Virus record (IMG/VR): IMGVR_UViG_3300025009_000123
Location: 1-57,929 of that record
Strand: one strand, 5' to 3'
Source of the DNA: a virus
Taxonomy: Duplodnaviria > Caudoviricetes
DNA: 57,929 nt
Position numbers and translations under genes: made by a program. The notes beneath the pieces were generated by a model. It saw only the letters and a list, made by a program, of their open reading frames with translations. It was not told the DNA's origin and ran no database searches. Positions 55,822-57,929 of this stretch are shown here, piece by piece (positions within the stretch are counted from its first letter, which is position 1; each line of letters opens with the position of its first letter).

Positions 55822-56231
55822 AAAACCCCCTGTTTCCTGAATATGCACAACATTGAAGGACGCATTGCTCCCGCCTTTGAAAACCCGACAAACTTAATAC
55901 GCCCTCTCAAAAATCTCAATTCCGCTTTGCCATAAACGTAATCGTGAAACCATGCCGTATCTGTATTGGCAAACACCAGAAAAACTATGACATCAGCATT
56001 TTTATTGAGTTCCGCCTGAGCCTTAATAAGCCATGCCTTGACTTGAGAATAGGGTGGATTCACAAAGACATTGCCGGTCCAGTCTATTTTCAGGCCATCA
56101 AAATCAGCATGTAGCGGGCAAGGGTCAAAGTTAAAATGAAACTCGGTATCAAGTTGCTTGTACAGATATTCAGGAGTTCCCCAATCATCAGTTATTTTAG
56201 ACCCGAATAATTTTATTGAGTTTTCATCCAT
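55818..56231 (-). CDS. Phage DNA N6-adenine methyltransferase (Dam family)
   Basis: DDWGTP, F.FDPCP, VFVNPPYS, TDT.WFH, RFLRGRIKF. Confidence 0.9.
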   Translation of the reverse strand: MDENSIKLFGSKITDDWGTPEYLYKQLDTEFHFNFDPCPLHADFDGLKIDWTGNVFVNPPYSQVKAWLIKAQAELNKNADVIVFLVFANTDTAWFHDYVYGKAELRFLRGRIKFVGFSKAGAMRPSMLCIFRKQGVL

Positions 56232-57408
56232 TACCTACCGCCTGAATCAGATCATCTGATAACATATCTTCCAGAAGTTCTGCCTTCATCAGAATAGACC
56301 ATTCAACCTCTTCCTCTTTGAGTTCGGCCATTTTCTGTATCTTGTCTCTGAGGGTTTCAGATTTGAGCACCGCTTCTGATCGTACATTCTGGCGGGGAAT
56401 TCTGACGATACGGATATCGACATCGAGGGCGCCGGATGCAAGCAGCTCCTGAGTGATTGCATCTTTGTCTATGGCTCCGGCTTCATCCTGCCAGACCTTG
56501 CAATCCAGCCTGATAAATGAACCGTTAATGTCTCCAATGGAAAAATCAACTGGGCCGGAACCTTCCGTAAAGTCGTGACTGAACCTTGTCATTTTCTTTG
56601 CAGGAGTTTCAATAAAACGTGAAGTGGGACCCAGGGCGTCAATCTCATGGACATAAAACCCCTTGGCTTCCATTTCGCCCCAATTCTGATGGTAAAGAGA
56701 TCCGCTGTAAAAAGCATGAGATCGATGTCCTAACTCCTGGGCTTTATGGATATGGCCGAGACAGATTAAAGCGGGCCGCGCAAACATTATTTGTTCGACG
56801 GAAACCTCAATATCCATCCCTGTCCGGACCTGCCCGTTGGAAAGCATGGCCCCAGACACGTTAAAATGCCCGACAAGGATATGCGGGCAATCAAAACCCT
56901 CCGCCTGAACCCCGAAACCAGAAAAAAGCCCCGACATTGCATTACCTATTTCCTGATCGCTGTCGGCAATACCGGAATTTGTCTGGAAAAATTGTTTATT
57001 TGGCTGCGGTATGAGAGTGATGATCGCGTCGGGTTTCGCTGTGCATCCATCCATATTCTTATAAAAGCCATGCCCGAAAAAGAATATCTGCTCAGGCATT
57101 GAAGCTACATAAACCGGGAACATGCCTTTTGCGAATCGCAGGATTTCCGGAGATTTACCATCATGCGAGCTTGTCCCGATTATAATCGCAACCGGCGCGA
57201 TATCAGCCAGTTCGGAAACAACTCTGACTGCAAGCCTTGCAGCTTTTGAGTCCAGCTTGATTTCCTGCGAATCAAAGGTATCTCCGGCGTTAATAATAAG
57301 ATCAACTTTCTCTGATCGCGCGGTTTCAATCAGAAAGTTAAGGCATTTTTCAGCCTCTTCGATGTCTTTGTCGCGCAAATGGGCATCGGCGTAATGAAGT
57401 ATTTTCAT
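56224..57408 (-). CDS. sbcD: SbcD/Mre11-like exonuclease (allele B)
   Basis: ADAH, AGDTFD, SHD, LGHIH, YSGS; mosaic homologue of 217-1404. Confidence 0.85.
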   Translation of the reverse strand: MKILHYADAHLRDKDIEEAEKCLNFLIETARSEKVDLIINAGDTFDSQEIKLDSKAARLAVRVVSELADIAPVAIIIGTSSHDGKSPEILRFAKGMFPVYVASMPEQIFFFGHGFYKNMDGCTAKPDAIITLIPQPNKQFFQTNSGIADSDQEIGNAMSGLFSGFGVQAEGFDCPHILVGHFNVSGAMLSNGQVRTGMDIEVSVEQIMFARPALICLGHIHKAQELGHRSHAFYSGSLYHQNWGEMEAKGFYVHEIDALGPTSRFIETPAKKMTRFSHDFTEGSGPVDFSIGDINGSFIRLDCKVWQDEAGAIDKDAITQELLASGALDVDIRIVRIPRQNVRSEAVLKSETLRDKIQKMAELKEEEVEWSILMKAELLEDMLSDDLIQAVGNG

Positions 57409-57429
57409 GGGTATAATCCTTTCAGCAAT

Positions 57430-57929
57430 TTAGAAGGGAATGTCGTCGTCTTTGGCTTTATCCTGTAAATTTAAAAGGCTCTTAAAAAGGTTCACTCTCT
57501 GGCCGGCAGTTAATTCGGCCAGGATTTTAATCTTTGATCTTTGCAGGAAAGCCGGAAGATCGTAGCCTTTGCGATCCGCAAGAATTGTGAGCGACTTAGC
57601 TTGTTCGTGAACGTCTCCGTTTTGGAAGTCAAGAATCTGGCTTTCTTCCGGTGTCGGAGGAGGGTCCGGCTTATTGTCGTCCGGAGGATCGGGGGGATCA
57701 TCCTCTTTGTTGTGTATAGGAGTGATATCAATTGGCTCTGATTCCTGAACGGCTCCATCCATAACCTGTTTACCGTAAATACCGGTCATGCTCTGAATAT
57801 GCGCCTGAATTAACTGCTTCTTGACTTCTTTGTCGTTGTAGTCGGGCCGGAAAACTATTCGAACCATGACAAAGGGTTTCGCTAACTCGGCTTTCGTGTA
57901 AGCGTTTTTGAGTCCTAATATTTCCCTGA
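57430..57929 (-). CDS. 3' part of a second allele of the 1909-2988 gene, cut by the window end
   Basis: Nearly identical translation ending DDDIPF. Confidence 0.85.
   Translation of the reverse strand, partial: REILGLKNAYTKAELAKPFVMVRIVFRPDYNDKEVKKQLIQAHIQSMTGIYGKQVMDGAVQESEPIDITPIHNKEDDPPDPPDDNKPDPPPTPEESQILDFQNGDVHEQAKSLTILADRKGYDLPAFLQRSKIKILAELTAGQRVNLFKSLLNLQDKAKDDDIPF
57803..57929. repeat. 127-nt exact copy of 2291-2417
   Basis: Compared base by base; the first mismatch is 57802 (c) versus 2290 (a). Confidence 0.9.

Noticed and set aside
1-57929. Stop-codon reassignment
   Set aside because: Core genes are full length under the standard code, and all three stop codons terminate genes.

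Overview
The window is an essentially complete temperate, podovirus-type phage genome. From left to right: a leftward early/recombination arm (SbcD/Mre11 nuclease, an HNH insertion, a candidate ssDNA-annealing protein); a lambdoid switch (S24 repressor and Cro with twin palindromic operators); replication (initiator, DnaB); a late promoter preceded by direct repeats; TerS, TerL, portal, scaffold, major capsid and decoration genes; three Cys-rich fibre-like genes with signal peptides; GH108 lysis genes; a short-tail module; a protease/GNAT/pilot/PP-loop cluster; a 3523-aa polyvalent protein with nested +1-frame ORFs; an attP (3' half of tRNA-Lys CTT plus arm sites) beside a tyrosine integrase; and the rest of the early arm (GIY-YIG-HTH, DUF5131, ASCH, VRR-NUC, SF2 helicase, Rad50, Dam, a second Mre11). 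The last 127 nt are identical to 2291-2417. This suggests a circular genome of about 55.5 kb (2291-57802) with a divergent allelic branch (1-2290) attached by the assembler; tandem related prophages are the alternative. The best candidates for new biology are the apparently secreted fibre trio, a possible post-translational maturation module for the pilot protein, and the RBS-equipped genes nested in the giant protein. All protein calls come from motif recognition by eye, not from database searches.
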